A DNA stretch of 63,939 bases, the filler included, from Barthelona sp. PAP020 (lineage: Eukaryota): the NCBI GenBank assembly GCA_040182905.1. It is 3 parts of 3 records of this genome, joined end to end, with 100 filler letters (N's around TTAATTAATTAA, not from the genome) between each part and the next. Parts side by side here need not be neighbours in the genome. Positions count along the whole stretch, not along the records: positions 46,773 to 63,939 come from JARQWU010000247.1; 2 more parts are not named here. One strand, given 5' to 3'. Shown piece after piece: positions 63,601 through 63,939 of this stretch; within the stretch, counting starts at the first letter, position 1, and each line of letters opens with the position of its first letter. The position numbers and the translations under genes were made by a program. The notes below the pieces were generated by a model. The model was given only the letters and a program-made list of their open reading frames with translations, searched no databases and was not told where the DNA came from.

Positions 63601-63769
63601 TAAAATTAAAAAAAATAAAATTAAAAAAAATAAAAATATTCCATCAATTTCCAATTCTGAAGAAATTTTGTTAAAGGTTTTATATTGGAAAAATAAAGAC
63701 AGTTTAATTAGTGGAGCTGATGAAATTTCTGTTAGCGATATTGCCAACCAAGTTTTACGCTATTGTTGA
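60680..63769 (+). CDS. Large protein containing a probable pseudokinase domain
   Basis: Kinase C-lobe remnants (FHEHNL, ILI, LLIDGG, DIYDFGLVIL, C....NRP....IL); the HRD loop reads IGCINMET; K/N/I low-complexity tracts. Confidence 0.6.
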   Translation: MTLLFREFNLKDIEKQCELFQDEGQNENFEYSVEPSRICIEIKNFTLIFEKDCCEFISKFRMSETGLNTFLQDLNQELDNQRSFSLSNIINFMKDHSFDLPITTLHDLDINIPVNLEIDNFKTPTPSVTNVELNFTNDDSKTDFIMLLIEYFKYRSTSLFKGLKHLNLKFEDGNLERCELEQQFERRYPDFFKYLRKYLEELSENPGGRISSLSLTPALELDSQIFSHILQSHQLRLIKERNAGDQECFVESSIDYSLYRLKLFDITLQPYDKVINYMELLTKASELSENIQTISTCFDKKFDRSILLFLQYEYSLNYHCLADVLSKIEDDEDKLAIIVNLAEVIRCFHEHNLGIGCINMETILIKDYKIPLLIDGGTYAFLMNLSLLNEELIFEIKQQDIYDFGLVILFLLLGKVDNEFVNILTIDHVLPNEFVEKYPLLAKIILNCTNSQINNRPNIVDILSELSSKQLNLHSKDINEICTFISTNEQLRKRLIENCFISSKEHVSKVEMENNQRYQIVWRYLDLLIEVFTNLSLISGFKFSLSSGFISAKDASEDIFRLNEQILFLSKNDNKILFHPLNSQLELLNQTNRRTFGFFQKSLNHVVTYVCSSMIPFDEYIIDCFQTLLMFVFSFKHIINTAKWYPKIVVICPSILPIITVLIIDERFRDRQTVYMLLKDFILKSFELNDANDSMEKLNEVLFSKELIDNKFLKKLQKVFANPNPNVEDLFVLLEKLLIISAKRQNMKYYQIILKIKEEFLQCFELLKVLKEQFNTSFKLKMNLEDDLIINSNYPNHFKFQMVITNSGGNRHNNKHKHKHHLKNIENIENYENKIKKIKKNKKKIRNKMPFILQQDWKIASKNDVQNENIINCFEFNLSNFCFLVEIFDSAEFSNPSKYLYSKNFKPIVVYIDIQSSKINSVLMQVEMFNILSRLKKSYISVFYDGLKKTTDELNPSNDVEIIIFLKNKINKKNKIKKNKIKKNKNIPSISNSEEILLKVLYWKNKDSLISGADEISVSDIANQVLRYC

Positions 63770-63834
63770 CAAATAAGTGTGTAAATAATTTTATCAAAAT
63801 TTGTTTCTTTTTGGTCCAGTTATGAAACAACTAT

Positions 63835-63939
63835 ATTTATTTCCAAGCCAAGAAGCACTGTGCGTATGAGTGAATAAGAAAGAATAGTGTTTATTTGGTT
63901 AAAGGCTTTCGAGGCCCGATTGATCTGTTGAAAAACTTT
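63835..63939 (+). repeat. Dispersed non-coding element copy, runs off window end
   Basis: ttccaagccaagaagcactgtgcgtatgagtgaat...ggctttcgaggcccgattgatctgttgaaaaacttt. Confidence 0.92.

Noticed and set aside
63895..63918. tRNA-like A/B boxes (TGGTTAAAGGC, TTCGAGGCCC) in the dispersed element
   Set aside because: The boxes are adjacent with no spacing and no cloverleaf; insufficient for a tRNA or SINE call.

Overview
Very AT-rich, gene-dense, almost intron-free eukaryotic genomic DNA using the standard genetic code. It probably comes from a flagellated protist; an anaerobic metamonad-like lineage is my inference, based on intron style and bacterial-type enzymes. Three contig pieces are joined by artificial 100-bp N44-TTAATTAATTAA-N44 linkers (23295-23394, 46673-46772), so adjacency across them is unproven. 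About 30 genes are present. Core genes: DMC1/RAD51 tail, U2AF1, SAXO-like, ARV1, SENP/Ulp, V-ATPase A, PRIM2, URB1, RPL27A, EI24, SERBP1/Stm1-like, pecanex, ABCD transporter, Rab-like, ESF2, CTF4/WDHD1 and a Sec7 ARF-GEF. Bacterial-type genes: ssnA, a two-domain cytidine deaminase and a DUF3293-like protein. Accessory islands hold ankyrin and WD40 genes. Best leads: (1) an unrecognised ~70-aa C-terminal domain (...MNQxDF...WDLxDxNxxNGGNM) fused to either ankyrin or WD40 repeats, suggesting a modular adaptor/receptor family; (2) ankyrin arrays that vary mainly at ligand-contact positions; (3) a dispersed non-coding element bordering these islands; (4) a ~550-nt nested-stem candidate structured RNA at 18.7-19.2 kb; (5) two introns whose branch point lies almost directly against the 3' splice site.
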